From positions 1-34,288 of IMG/VR virus record IMGVR_UViG_3300032234_000434: DNA of 34,288 bases; one strand, written 5' to 3'. Positions 11,801-18,438 of the stretch are shown in pieces. This DNA comes from a virus (lineage: Duplodnaviria > Caudoviricetes). The translations under genes and the position numbers were made by a program. Every line of letters begins with the position of its first letter. The stretch's first letter is position 1. The notes under the pieces are model-generated. The model saw only the letters and a program-made list of their open reading frames with translations, did no database searches and had not been told where the DNA came from.

Positions 11801-13124
11801 CCTGAACGCTTATTCGGCCATCCACTTCCTGCCTCGTGCCACCCTGTCTTCGATTGGTGAGCCCTTGGTGACCGGCCTTCGGACCGGCAACGTCGTGGAT
11901 AGTCTGTCTGCCATGGGCAATTCGCTGGTCTACATGAAGCGAAAGCTCCTCAAAGACGACCCGGATTACTACCACAAACTCGCACAGGACGTCGGGGTCG
12001 TCGTGTCTGAGCTGTCTGGACAGGCCGTAAGCTCGTCTGTCGACAGCCGCTATTGGACCGACCAAACACGCTCTGCCAGCAAGTACCTGACCGACCAGTT
12101 CTTCCGAAAGACCGGTCTGCACCAATGGACGGAGGGCACCCGCATCGCATCCGTCCGTGCCGGTACCGTGTTCCTTCGACGACTTGCCGAAGACATCAAC
12201 GACAACGGCCGCATGAAGGCTTCGTCTGCCCGCTACCTCAACGAACTTGGCGTTACTGACCACGCTTCGTTTGCAAAGTTCGTCAAGCAACTCGAGAAGC
12301 TCGACGACGCTGGAAGGCTTGCCCTAATCAGCAGACAGAACGGCAAGGGGCCGCAGATGTACCGCGACGCCCTGGCCCGCTTCGCTGAGCAGGTCATCAT
12401 GAACCCGAACGCAGGCACCCGTCCTCGCTGGGCCAACCACCCGCTTGGCTCCGTCATCTTCAACCTTCAGTCATACCTCTACGCCTTCCACGAAAACGTC
12501 ACCAAGCGTGCACTTCGTCTGGCGAAGACCGCCGTGTCGAAGAATGAACTGACTGCCATGGACCGCATGCACATGCTTGGGCCTGCCATGATGCTGCCTG
12601 TCCTTACCGGTGTGCAGTACCTCATGGGCGAAGCCCGCGACGAAGCCTTCAAGGACCCGGCACGAGTCAACGAAGCGAAGATGAGCGAAGGCATGAAGAT
12701 TGCCCGAGCCATGTCCCGCTCCAACTTGTTCGGACGCTTCGACTTCATGGCTAACGCCGCACTTAGTGCACGCTACGATAAGGACCCGGCGACCGTCATG
12801 CTTGGCCCTGTCCTTGGAACCTTCTCCGAAGGCATCAAGGGTGGCGTGGATTACCTCGGTCCGAGGAACTCCAAGAACACCAATACGGCTGAACGCCGGT
12901 TTGCCCGACTTGGCTATGACCTCGCCGTCCAGCCTGCGGCCAACGCCGCCTTTGCCCTTGGTCCGGGTAAAATCATGGGAGGCATGGGAGCCATTGGCAT
13001 CCAGGCCACCAGCCACCCGGCCACCCGAGAGTATGTCGTCAAGGGACTTGCTGGTAAGCCAGCCAAGCCGCAGAAACGAAACGACGAGGAAGACGACAAC
13101 ATCATCGACGAGCTCCTGAAGTGA
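2868..13124 (+). CDS. Giant polyvalent-type virion/ejection protein, 3418 aa, with GNAT-like and HExxH zincin-like domains
   Basis: 10.2-kb uninterrupted ORF; VYIERFDTHPGMRNQGMLKGLL (GNAT motif A-like, about aa 1289-1310); IVMHEIVH (H at aa 2151) with downstream DLNEFIA; coiled coils; helical C-terminal region with YVPR. Confidence 0.8.
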   Translation: MAPQKDNFGLRQALERRGLTSIMLFGNPDSPEGAQGYRPGQWDPTYDETRTAANEYLTGFKNSAFPDGVRNGGRFQVPGGGLNVITDVHVDIGEDGFPSVKSFSFSDPKGEEYTYHLDAQVEGQDEPQSIVTPRMKPGPSASSFAGNRKSTGPLHTELRGPMPDPGFLAKAAGEVRMAAGAVKDKIYDGAALLFGEKSGTIESKTLPSPPSWSEQQLRTFHDTGRLPSGASWDDVFYPKFTPITNEKGETIGYHQPGELRAPLEYKPWMRSETNVEEAFKRDGLIGGMFAMRNPYTLTKDIIHNLPMPGGNGKYDTIGNRAAGAIGLEQRLPGKGLPRIGEGNATPQQHLFQPQYIAPSDSGLATGLKGAYNVGTGVANVLYSIPEFMHSGTGYAVQGIGTKLQSAKAAIPQAMMQTGAASPQTAAAVNTARKWVAADTAAQGMFIKHMGEATIDAGKNVVEQIRQGDYANLTSSLPDLLASGIFTGQIIKHTAGNIPQLSHGGMHRVGVDAGMQQVVDSNMSAIDRNFAQTPDVVREADMRTAFGDVFNAEAYGPGGVPISPIVYGRNNAGVAGLPQQPITTANGQVIYQPQEGDLTSGSRLDLRNLAKPEGKPVELSPAAAKLMKEGEELTAKEAAERIQRSSADEAERARVLAELEKQGFTAEQKAKDDVELGDYLKRIDEERLKLFQETGHYYHPDELLAATSGGRAGGGPRPVEPGKGGAGRRPNSPVEIAAENKRRQDLINNGINPDTNQPMAKPGTLPADALTGPRGTATMAPDATAARPGLAPEGVTNIESQRNAAGTMDVPTARLPEVHSSMFSGPAGRNLIDTAAAELGLPRPTESVDTGFWSEGGVLQNNGASAFRFTLQPGSDMADAMRRVGRFATSLSAAHGQKGVGWSVIRHDIQPDVKGNYPDYKGENQMGTAIQVDAGRKLNRPETIAFSKEVERILKADYNIDAAGSVGPMSHEGGVRMFDFMGSVPDKMALAEASRKAWENTIGRDSGHNATVRLIAYEGKYEQQEGWDSEFKPGTFGGRYGQVLGLGTDAGISPRLRRAIDAATRERNEQTKLYSGHGGKRGTQFHPQTGQPLDSTGSRVVATPLALTGDRQLSTPVRPVLPQSNAEQVPLTAGYGRSSPRLPGSSQSRAAIPAAEANQAARDVGRFRELDNPDARLGGGQTAAQAPLSRGLSDTLRQTSSRGDNLTLEVLSENESLDGAVRGNNPGVPTRMNTVHLLLRSDKDIPVPPTQTGRPDYTGMSNLFRGEAGRRVATEIIGQIQTTKNGEPEVYIERFDTHPGMRNQGMLKGLLSEFVHRINNEADAQGMTRMSYRLSDVSDLSASSKALAAIVGPENITINVRGIGDMPYTEWRKKFDSDVLRRAENERAEAKSFDDVLQAGEDFQAGRITEQQRDAIYAAHYDASTRLEADSTLPYRSSRGASGYSMLGNRSLQGDSLENQIADHYQRIEEAKGKLERGEGNPNRIRAELDMLGDDLQDLLREQDKQAGLSTFDAKPAEAPVETSNVPRWEQPMPTHLRPGTPAYNREIMERHHAKMDSMKMSGNQARLLPPKAEVELMGLRRLMRDVSDGKVSTGEATEAIQRSIEKLVDRTSVSKERGLAELRNIQGIDQQFLDMAARKFDEREARKNQASQPAPQGGTTGRDRVRDPLAKPQVWERRQERTGPEALTETGDPSRLTYDELVDLQTRLEKNKGSADPDLLRSVTEEMQNRHRQYGNEGERNTALGGFVPETTPKSQLNDMVRSLPDQIRSDRERLSELNKRDGRNRSPEAAQLATEIKVNEERLRAAKVELNARGRQQGNWERLDRTRIVQRERDKQTFDNPDNPGPRVKRDPVQALNWARGRFDRLTIDELMQARDALKEQGRPYWREVEKAINERRKAMPEMRREEGRTTDIVPENMTRPELDAEVDRLSTEIEANDARVSEMQAAGASAAEIEAVRAEVDPQRGRLSEFQAEVENRDRIETTDFRRENEKQIGGHQQFRNEMAGRRKKLDIVSRVEGRENQPGQFFQEEARYYGLSAGARDVVNMTFRGNTKVKDVLERIVKNSKSKDKQGIDPELGKLAEYLLKNQDAKSLEVIVGAWGKNSGEASGYMAGWRPEAGNIQGGNKYGGIKFSKEQLSNPKHALEIVMHEIVHSATADKVNRAIFGTVGVITGDTGIDVVGSSGTKYLDRLRAYAQSSGSDKAVRRLVQTYLKVLSEQKDNSKPLSVDKLNNLKDDPRNATRNIFGAGSDMNRLAAAGQYPIADLNEFIAHASTNAEFKAYLKTIKMGETNAWSKFKQAVKEIMGIEGGTALDVAMESILEISAKNISDFKKPDGEYYSQLFDIRSQRKQAEGMSPSDADAATAAEIHPRGFDEFGVGKQSLTRGIKDAEADIEELTNRTKGRQMTREETREMNDLLQEHEGYKEAYEQKFENNKDFLQAKKDLEAELGREATHDEVIQEMDFRETMSEPGEYNYRQFERDRKRETRGKSEQELMDRLREEPGMEGKLPKEEPLDPDFEAELAKEAATSMGLEKDTLEALGIITREERRSSGEFAPGSFERRDELYQGFVELGGDTDVRSSSEIPADVQRAFKERYGFEYKPEDVDTLGEPRLGNKDIKGLEGGTNGFRMSSNKSFLREEAQASINVVKKGIEGLKRAKENITDKETFLQHGVDFATASFLRSSQAQLDVLADRRQSKVIREVSELLNSTLAGRTDKAAKIGFHTAVSRSQLQFKNELADALRPFESELKLKDVDGQKQFLEDLGRAMVQPGLPSDPKLAQAVTSLRGLYRKMHQYQIRAGIKLDNAGETYVPRMLNNEMVLKDRYGFLNAAQKAYETTGMDPIEAREAASEWYDAILRGDSGFSFDQKFVFDSSNLNGEPKHTRSRKFNKVAEGFMEKYYNRNILDATTSYIGRAVKNAEIARRFGAEFEVYQGLQKALISEGNRTALQEMNSLVANQLGTNQLKDYKGQGIINFLNAYSAIHFLPRATLSSIGEPLVTGLRTGNVVDSLSAMGNSLVYMKRKLLKDDPDYYHKLAQDVGVVVSELSGQAVSSSVDSRYWTDQTRSASKYLTDQFFRKTGLHQWTEGTRIASVRAGTVFLRRLAEDINDNGRMKASSARYLNELGVTDHASFAKFVKQLEKLDDAGRLALISRQNGKGPQMYRDALARFAEQVIMNPNAGTRPRWANHPLGSVIFNLQSYLYAFHENVTKRALRLAKTAVSKNELTAMDRMHMLGPAMMLPVLTGVQYLMGEARDEAFKDPARVNEAKMSEGMKIARAMSRSNLFGRFDFMANAALSARYDKDPATVMLGPVLGTFSEGIKGGVDYLGPRNSKNTNTAERRFARLGYDLAVQPAANAAFALGPGKIMGGMGAIGIQATSHPATREYVVKGLAGKPAKPQKRNDEEDDNIIDELLK

Positions 13125-13492
13125 ACCGGCTCGAGCTAAAGCGGACGCGGATGATGGCTTACCGAAAGGCCTTTCCGAACGTCATGCTTTACGCTCTGGC
13201 AAAACAGCGGGCCAGGAAGAAGAACATCAGGTTCACGATAACACCTTCAGACATCGTTGTCCCAAGACGGTGTCCGGTCCTTGGGGTTACGCTCGCACAC
13301 GGCAAAGACAAACGACCGCTACCGACGTCACCGACATTAGATAGGATTGTACCATCCAAGGGCTACATACCCGGCAACATAATCGTCATTTCGTCGCTCG
13401 CCAACCGCGTCAAATCAACCGCCAACTGGACTCAGATTTTGGCGGTCGGCTACTGGCTCAAACGCTTGACCAGCAGACGTGTCAGACAATGA
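13121..13492 (+). CDS. HNH-like (beta-beta-alpha-Me) endonuclease, 123 aa
   Basis: DIVVPRRCPVLG...SPTLDRIVPSKGYIPGNIIVISSLANRVKS matches the CPxLG / SxDRI / GYxxGN / ANxxK pattern of phage HNH-like nucleases; GTGA overlap with the giant gene stop. Confidence 0.7.
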   Translation: MNRLELKRTRMMAYRKAFPNVMLYALAKQRARKKNIRFTITPSDIVVPRRCPVLGVTLAHGKDKRPLPTSPTLDRIVPSKGYIPGNIIVISSLANRVKSTANWTQILAVGYWLKRLTSRRVRQ

Positions 13493-13502
13493 TGTTCAGA
13501 CA

Positions 13503-13637
13503 ATGATTATCTCGTTTCTTCTCGGACTCGTAATCGGCTTCATCGCTGGTCTTCTTGTTTTCCGCAAGCACGCCGCCAAGGCAGCCGCCCTTGAGGTCAA
13601 GGCCAAGTCCCTGGCTGACGAGTTCATGCACAAGTGA
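13503..13637 (+). CDS. Small single-pass membrane protein, 44 aa (not in the ORF track)
   Basis: Hand translation MIISFLLGLVIGFIAGLLVFRKHAAKAAALEVKAKSLADEFMHK; hydrophobic N-terminus then basic residues; fills the gap between two genes. Confidence 0.65.
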   Translation: MIISFLLGLVIGFIAGLLVFRKHAAKAAALEVKAKSLADEFMHK

Positions 13638-13640
13638 GTC

Positions 13641-14360
13641 ATGCGTCTGCATCTGGTCATAGCCTTGATGGCCCTGGCTGGGTGCAGCTCCAAGCCTGAC
13701 AAACTGCCTGACGCACAGCCTGCCCCCAAAGCACCGGACCTGTCTGCGGTGGGCAAGAACCTTGACGCCATCGACTCACGCGTCGCTGCGGCAGTCACCG
13801 TAGCCCGTGAAGCCAATTCGTCTGGCAAGACAGTCGTCGTCGAGTCTGAGCTGTCTGTGGCACAGTCCTTCCTGCCCATGCCTACGGAGGGTGACCTTGC
13901 GTTTGCCAGACAGCGTTCCGAAAAGGCGACCCCGGCTGACTATGAAGCCCAACGCAAGAAGGCGGCCGAAAAGCAGAAGGCCGCTGAGCAGGCTTGGGCT
14001 AACCTGGAGGCACAGGTTGCCGCCAACAAAGCCGCCCTGTCTGCACGAGACGCCCGTATCAAGGAGCTGTCTGAGGAGGTCGAGCGAGTCCGCAAGGATA
14101 AGTCAGACATGGCCTGGACGTTCGTAGGTGCAGGGCTTTCCGTCATAGGGGCTGTTGGTATCGTGTTCGTTGGGCCTAAAATCGGCATCCCCCTGCTGCT
14201 TTGTGGTGCCTTCTGCGGAGGCGTCCCATTCATCATCAACAGTCCTTACTTCCTGTGGGTAGCCATCGGCACCGCTGCCGTCGCAGCCGGGCTCGGTCTG
14301 TGGTGGCTATGGGATAAGGTCAGAGACTCCGTCAACGACAATGGCGAAACCAAAGAATAA
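13641..14360 (+). CDS. Lipoprotein with coiled coil and C-terminal transmembrane helices (spanin-like candidate), 239 aa
   Basis: Signal peptide II with lipobox LAG-C, Pro-rich linker, long coiled coil, about three hydrophobic C-terminal segments; near a holin-like gene. Confidence 0.7.
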   Translation: MRLHLVIALMALAGCSSKPDKLPDAQPAPKAPDLSAVGKNLDAIDSRVAAAVTVAREANSSGKTVVVESELSVAQSFLPMPTEGDLAFARQRSEKATPADYEAQRKKAAEKQKAAEQAWANLEAQVAANKAALSARDARIKELSEEVERVRKDKSDMAWTFVGAGLSVIGAVGIVFVGPKIGIPLLLCGAFCGGVPFIINSPYFLWVAIGTAAVAAGLGLWWLWDKVRDSVNDNGETKE

Positions 14361-14619
14361 GCGTGTAATCAAGTTCGTCAGACTTGGTAAGACACCTCCC
14401 GACGGCAAGAAGGACGGGACTGCCTATGGCATCTTCGACCCGAATGACGGGGTCATCAAAATAGACCCAAGGCAGAAGGAGGAAGAACTCATCGACACCG
14501 TCGTCCACGAACTCATCCACGCGGCCTTTCCGTACCTCGAGGAGGACGCCGTCCTTAACGGAGCCTCGGAAATCGCAGAAGCCATGTGGGAGTTGGGCTA
14601 TCGCAGGACCCACAAATGA
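14341..14619 (+). CDS. Small HExxH zincin-like metallopeptidase-fold protein, 92 aa
   Basis: AYGIFD...IKIDP...DTVVHELIHAAFPYLEED minimal zincin pattern. Confidence 0.65.
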   Translation: MAKPKNKRVIKFVRLGKTPPDGKKDGTAYGIFDPNDGVIKIDPRQKEEELIDTVVHELIHAAFPYLEEDAVLNGASEIAEAMWELGYRRTHK

Positions 14620-14951
14620 GCCCTCCTTCTCCAGACCACGAGTCAAGCAGGGGTATCATGGAGATACTCAGGGAGGGAGGCTTCACGGCTTCGCTCATCG
14701 GCATAGCCGGTATGGTGGCAAGGCTTCTCCTGTCTGAGGGCAAGACGACCATTGGCGGTGCCATCAGGCATGTGCTTGCCGCCGGTATCGTAGCCTACCT
14801 TGTCGACCAAGTAATCCAAGACCACCTCATGTCGCGTGGTCTGAAGGTGGCATGCGTGGGTATCAGCGGTGCCACAGCCACGGAAATCGTCGAGTTCACC
14901 ATCAAGTGGGTGAAGCGTCGCGGTGCCTCCGAGTTGAACTCAAAGAAATGA
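14616..14951 (+). CDS. Putative holin, 111 aa
   Basis: ATG at 14616 overlaps the previous TGA (ATGA); 2-3 hydrophobic helices and a basic C-terminus (KWVKRR...KK). Confidence 0.6.
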   Translation: MSPPSPDHESSRGIMEILREGGFTASLIGIAGMVARLLLSEGKTTIGGAIRHVLAAGIVAYLVDQVIQDHLMSRGLKVACVGISGATATEIVEFTIKWVKRRGASELNSKK

Positions 14952-15980
14952 CACGGCCTGCCGAAGGTGGTTCGGCGAGTGGTGGGCGTAGACGCGGATG
15001 ACGGTTTGAACCGTATCTCCAAGGACACCGGCTATGTCGAACATGGAGACGCCGGACTGTGCGGCCAGCGTGGCCCATGTGTGGCGTAGCGTGTGCGGCG
15101 TCATGGCTTCCCACTTGTCGGAATACTGAGCGTGACGCTCCTTGAGCAGGACCTTGAGCCGCAGGAACTCCCGGTGCATGGGCGTGTTGTTGCCGGTCAC
15201 GAACTCGCTCGTGGGCTGGGGCGAGCAGTAGCGTTCCTTGAGGGCGTCGAACAGGGCCTTGTTCATCGGCACCTTGACCTTACGCTTCTTGGTCCGGACA
15301 GACCCGTCGTCGAAGTTAATCATGCCGTTGGCGAAGTCCACCCGGTCCCATGTCAGATGCTCGATGGACCCCTTTCTGGCAGCCGTGTAGGCGGCAATCA
15401 TGACGAACAGGTAGGTCCGCTCGCCGCAGTCCTTGGCCGTATCAATGGCCATCTGCAGTTGCTCCTTGGTGAGGTAGAGGTCCTTGGGGGCTGGCTGTCT
15501 GGGGATGAACATGTGTCTGAGGCTGTCTGAAGTCAGACGGCCAGCCTTGATGCCATGGTTGATAGCGGCACGGAGCATACCAATCTCCCGACGGACTGTC
15601 GACTCTGCCACGGCGTTAGCCCCGCAGCGGCCAGCCTGCCGCAGGTTGCTGTATTTGAGAGTCTCGGCCATCCCAATGTCCCGGGGCTTGACCTTACCAA
15701 ACATGGCGAGGAGGGGGAGGGCACATTGTTCCTGCCTCTCCTGTGCGACCACACGCGTCTCGACGTGCTCACGCATGTAATCGGCTATGACCATCTCGAG
15801 GGTAGGGTCGGCCTTGTCCACGGCCGCCTGCTTGGATAGCGTGCACCACTTACCGAACGCCTGCATGGCCTCGTCGTAGTCGCGGGTGCCAAGCGAGCGA
15901 ACGCGGGAACGCCCATCCTGTGCGAAGCGGACCTCGTAGATTGCGGTTTCTGGGTTCTTGACGAGCCTTGGGATACTCAT
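14940..15980 (-). CDS. int: Tyrosine recombinase/integrase, about 346 aa
   Basis: TAARKG (Arg I), HTLRHTWAT (HxxR), VLGDT, VYAH (catalytic Tyr); N-terminal arm-binding-like YEVRF...RSLGTRD; start placed at ATG 15980, downstream of the predicted promoter. Confidence 0.9.
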   Translation of the reverse strand: MSIPRLVKNPETAIYEVRFAQDGRSRVRSLGTRDYDEAMQAFGKWCTLSKQAAVDKADPTLEMVIADYMREHVETRVVAQERQEQCALPLLAMFGKVKPRDIGMAETLKYSNLRQAGRCGANAVAESTVRREIGMLRAAINHGIKAGRLTSDSLRHMFIPRQPAPKDLYLTKEQLQMAIDTAKDCGERTYLFVMIAAYTAARKGSIEHLTWDRVDFANGMINFDDGSVRTKKRKVKVPMNKALFDALKERYCSPQPTSEFVTGNNTPMHREFLRLKVLLKERHAQYSDKWEAMTPHTLRHTWATLAAQSGVSMFDIAGVLGDTVQTVIRVYAHHSPNHLRQAVSFL

Positions 15981-15990
15981 GGGAAAAGCC

Positions 15991-16061
15991 ACCATGGGAA
16001 ACATTCACATCATGTCAACCGCCAAAATGGGGTTGACTTAGTGTAGGTGGCTTCCCAAGGT
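15991..16061. promoter_or_regulatory. Back-to-back sigma70-type promoters for int (leftward) and the Cro-like/replication operon (rightward)
   Basis: Minus strand TTGACA (16018-16013)-N16-CATGGT; plus strand TTGACT (16033-16038)-N17-CAAGGT; GTCAACC-N10-GGTTGAC inverted repeat; operator-like GACTTAGTGT at 16035-16044. Confidence 0.6.
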
Positions 16062-16070
16062 GTCGGTGCT

Positions 16071-16301
16071 ATGGAACTCAACACTATCACCAAAATGGAC
16101 GTCGACAAAATCGTGAAGCGGTTTGGCGGCGTCAACGAACTACATCATCGCCTGCTTGCCAAAGGCGTTGACGTCAACCCCAAGACCATCGAGAAGTGGC
16201 GTGAGCGTCGCCGCATCCCATCTTGGCGTCTGCTTCAAATCATCGCACTCGCCAAGGTCGAAGGCCAGCCCATCGACATTCTCGAGTACGCCGCCAACTG
16301 A
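16071..16301 (+). CDS. Cro/YdaS-like helix-turn-helix regulator, about 76 aa
   Basis: IVKRFGGV..L...L...TIEKWRERRRIP matches the Cro-like FGG/W.RIP pattern; first gene of the rightward operon; start could be 16071 or 16095. Confidence 0.7.
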   Translation: MELNTITKMDVDKIVKRFGGVNELHHRLLAKGVDVNPKTIEKWRERRRIPSWRLLQIIALAKVEGQPIDILEYAAN

Positions 16302-16322
16302 TTTCCACCCACACCACACAAC

Positions 16323-16781
16323 ATGAAACTGAAGAAGAACACCGTCAAGGACCTCGCCGAGGCTTACAAGAGCATGAGCGTCGTCCGTCTGCGTGAGATG
16401 TACGCGATGGCCGTCGAGGACGTCAGCCGCAGCAAGAAGAACATGGACCTCATCAAGGCTGAACTGAGCAACCGGTTCACCAACGATGCGATGCTCGAAA
16501 TCGCATCCCGAGGCAAGGAGCACGGCGAGTGCACCATCGAGCAGGATGGCGTCAAGGTCATCTGCGAAATCGGACAGAAGGTCACTTGGGACACCGAGAA
16601 ACTCAAGGCCATCGCCGCCACCCTCCCGGCCGAAACCGTCCAGCGTCTCATGAAGGTCACCATCACGGTGCCCGAACGCGTGTATCACAGCGTCACGGAA
16701 AAAGACCTCCTTGACAAACTGACGGACGCACGCACGGTGCGTATCGACGAACCCAAGTTCTCGTTCCCTGCCTCCGAGTGA
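16323..16781 (+). CDS. Phage recombination-module hypothetical protein, 152 aa
   Basis: Strong codon bias, coiled-coil N-terminus, KVTWD and ARTV motifs; directly upstream of the Sak4-like ATPase. Confidence 0.6.
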   Translation: MKLKKNTVKDLAEAYKSMSVVRLREMYAMAVEDVSRSKKNMDLIKAELSNRFTNDAMLEIASRGKEHGECTIEQDGVKVICEIGQKVTWDTEKLKAIAATLPAETVQRLMKVTITVPERVYHSVTEKDLLDKLTDARTVRIDEPKFSFPASE

Positions 16782-16809
16782 GGCAGGTTCCTTTCCCATC
16801 CACACACAC

Positions 16810-17697
16810 ATGAAAGGCATCATCAAGGCAGACGACCGCCTCAAGGTCGTCCCCAAAGTCAACATCGTCATGTTCGGCCCCAGCGGGGTCGGCAAGACGA
16901 CGCAGGCTCGCACGCTCAACCCGAACGACACGCTGTTCATCGACCTCGAGGCTGGCACTCTTGCCATCCAAGACTGGGCCGGTGACGTCGTCGACGTCCG
17001 CAAGCAGGCATCCGCCCTCGGCATCCATCCGTGGGAATACTGCCGTGCCCTCACCCTGTTCATCTGCGGCCCGGACCCCAGCGACCCCAACGGTCCTTAC
17101 GGCATCGAGACGTACAAGCGTCTGTGTGCACACGAGGCCTTCGGCGACGCTGCCGCCCTCGCCAAATACAAGAACCTCTACGTCGACTCCATCACCGTAG
17201 CCAGCCGTCTGGCGTTCGAGTGGGCTCAGACGCAGCCGTCGTCCATGTCCGAGAAGAACGGCAAGTTGGACAAGCGTGCCGCCTACGGCACCCTCAAGTC
17301 CGAACTCATCCGCTGGCTGACCCACCTCCAGCACTCGGACCGCTCCACCATCCTCGTCGGCATCCTCGACAAGGAGAAAGACGAGTTCGGCCGCGACGTC
17401 TACACCCCTCAGATTGAGGGCTCCGCCACCGCCCGAGAACTCCCGGGCATCTTCGACCAAGTCATCACGCTCCAGACGTTCAAGACCGAAACCGGCGTCC
17501 AGCGTGCCTTCGTCTGCAGACAAGACAACGAATGGGGATACCCCGCCAAGGACCGCTCCGGCCGACTCGAAAGCGTCGAAGCCCCGGACCTTGGCATGCT
17601 CATGCGGAAAATCCGCGAGGGCAAGCGACTCGACACCACGCTGATTACCAGCCTTACGGCCGACGTGTCCAACAACAACAAGGCGGAAACCAAATAA
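16810..17697 (+). CDS. AAA_24 / Sak4-like phage ATPase (recombinase), 295 aa
   Basis: Walker A GPSGVGKT, LFIDLEAG, YVDSIT (Walker B), C-terminal AKDRSG motif. Confidence 0.85.
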   Translation: MKGIIKADDRLKVVPKVNIVMFGPSGVGKTTQARTLNPNDTLFIDLEAGTLAIQDWAGDVVDVRKQASALGIHPWEYCRALTLFICGPDPSDPNGPYGIETYKRLCAHEAFGDAAALAKYKNLYVDSITVASRLAFEWAQTQPSSMSEKNGKLDKRAAYGTLKSELIRWLTHLQHSDRSTILVGILDKEKDEFGRDVYTPQIEGSATARELPGIFDQVITLQTFKTETGVQRAFVCRQDNEWGYPAKDRSGRLESVEAPDLGMLMRKIREGKRLDTTLITSLTADVSNNNKAETK

Positions 17698-17718
17698 AAA
17701 CCAAAACCCAAGAACATC

Positions 17719-18270
17719 ATGTTCACCAGCAAAGACTCCGCAGGCCAGTCCATCGGCCTCATCCCGGACAAGACCGCCAGCAAGGCGGTCGTCAACGTCC
17801 GCGGCATCAAGAACAGCGACAAGACCGGCAGCCGGTACCTCGACGTCGAGTTCACGCTCGTCGGCGGTGAGTTCAACGGCCGCAAGGTCTGGTCCATCAT
17901 CATGGACCCGACGTTCGACGGCAACACCCCCGAAGCCAAGAGCCTCGGTAAGAAGTTCATCGTCCGCATGCTCGAGGCCGCTGGCCTCGTGACCGTGGGC
18001 GACGAGGCTTCCTACGGTCGCTTCCCCACCCTGCAGGACGTGGTCAACGCCCTCAACGGCCAGACCGTCGCCATCAAGGTCGGCATCAAGAAGGGCGACC
18101 AAGGCTACGCGGACAAGAACACGGTGAGCGACTACTACTCGCCCAACCCGGAGAGCGGCTATGCCGAACGCTTCAAGCAGGTCATGTCCGGCTCCGCCGG
18201 TTCGTCTGCTCCGACGCTCGGTGGTAAGCCCAGCTTCCTGAGCACGCCGAAGGGGAACAACCCCTTCTAA
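17719..18270 (+). CDS. Putative single-stranded DNA-binding protein (DUF669-like), 183 aa
   Basis: OB-fold-like YLDVEFTLVGGEFNGRKVW, flexible tail ending NNPF; follows the Sak4-like gene. Confidence 0.7.
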   Translation: MFTSKDSAGQSIGLIPDKTASKAVVNVRGIKNSDKTGSRYLDVEFTLVGGEFNGRKVWSIIMDPTFDGNTPEAKSLGKKFIVRMLEAAGLVTVGDEASYGRFPTLQDVVNALNGQTVAIKVGIKKGDQGYADKNTVSDYYSPNPESGYAERFKQVMSGSAGSSAPTLGGKPSFLSTPKGNNPF

Positions 18271-18279
18271 GCCAAGAAT

Positions 18280-18438
18280 GTGCTGGAGTCCCAAGCCCAG
18301 CACAGACAATCTTACGACAGTCCTAATCCGGTTGGTTTGTGGCGTGGTTTTGTCGGTTCCACGTTGTGTTGTGGCCAATACGGACTAACGGAGCACGCCT
18401 AACTTGGGATGGCCTCTGCTCCGGGGCACCCATTTTTT
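18280..18438 (+). promoter_or_regulatory. Structured intergenic RNA element / terminator-attenuator candidate
   Basis: GTGCTGG/CCAGCAC hairpin at 18280-18303, G-U-rich long stem at 18327-18384, imperfect hairpin plus T6 at 18405-18438. Confidence 0.4.

Noticed and set aside
2868-13124. Giant protein as an N4-like virion RNA polymerase or a tape-measure protein
   Set aside because: Size resembles N4 vRNAP, but I could not identify polymerase catalytic motifs or tape-measure repeats by eye; a profile search is needed to exclude this formally
14940-15980. Integrase as a protelomerase
   Set aside because: Size and R...HxxR...Y motifs fit a conventional integrase; no TelN-like features recognised, so the link to the palindrome remains a hypothesis only
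16693-18378. 561-aa minus-strand ORF, and similar long antisense ORFs (6993-8168, 9942-10886, 22106-23320, 30669-31724)
   Set aside because: They mirror genes with clear motifs on the opposite strand; strong codon bias leaves antisense frames free of stops
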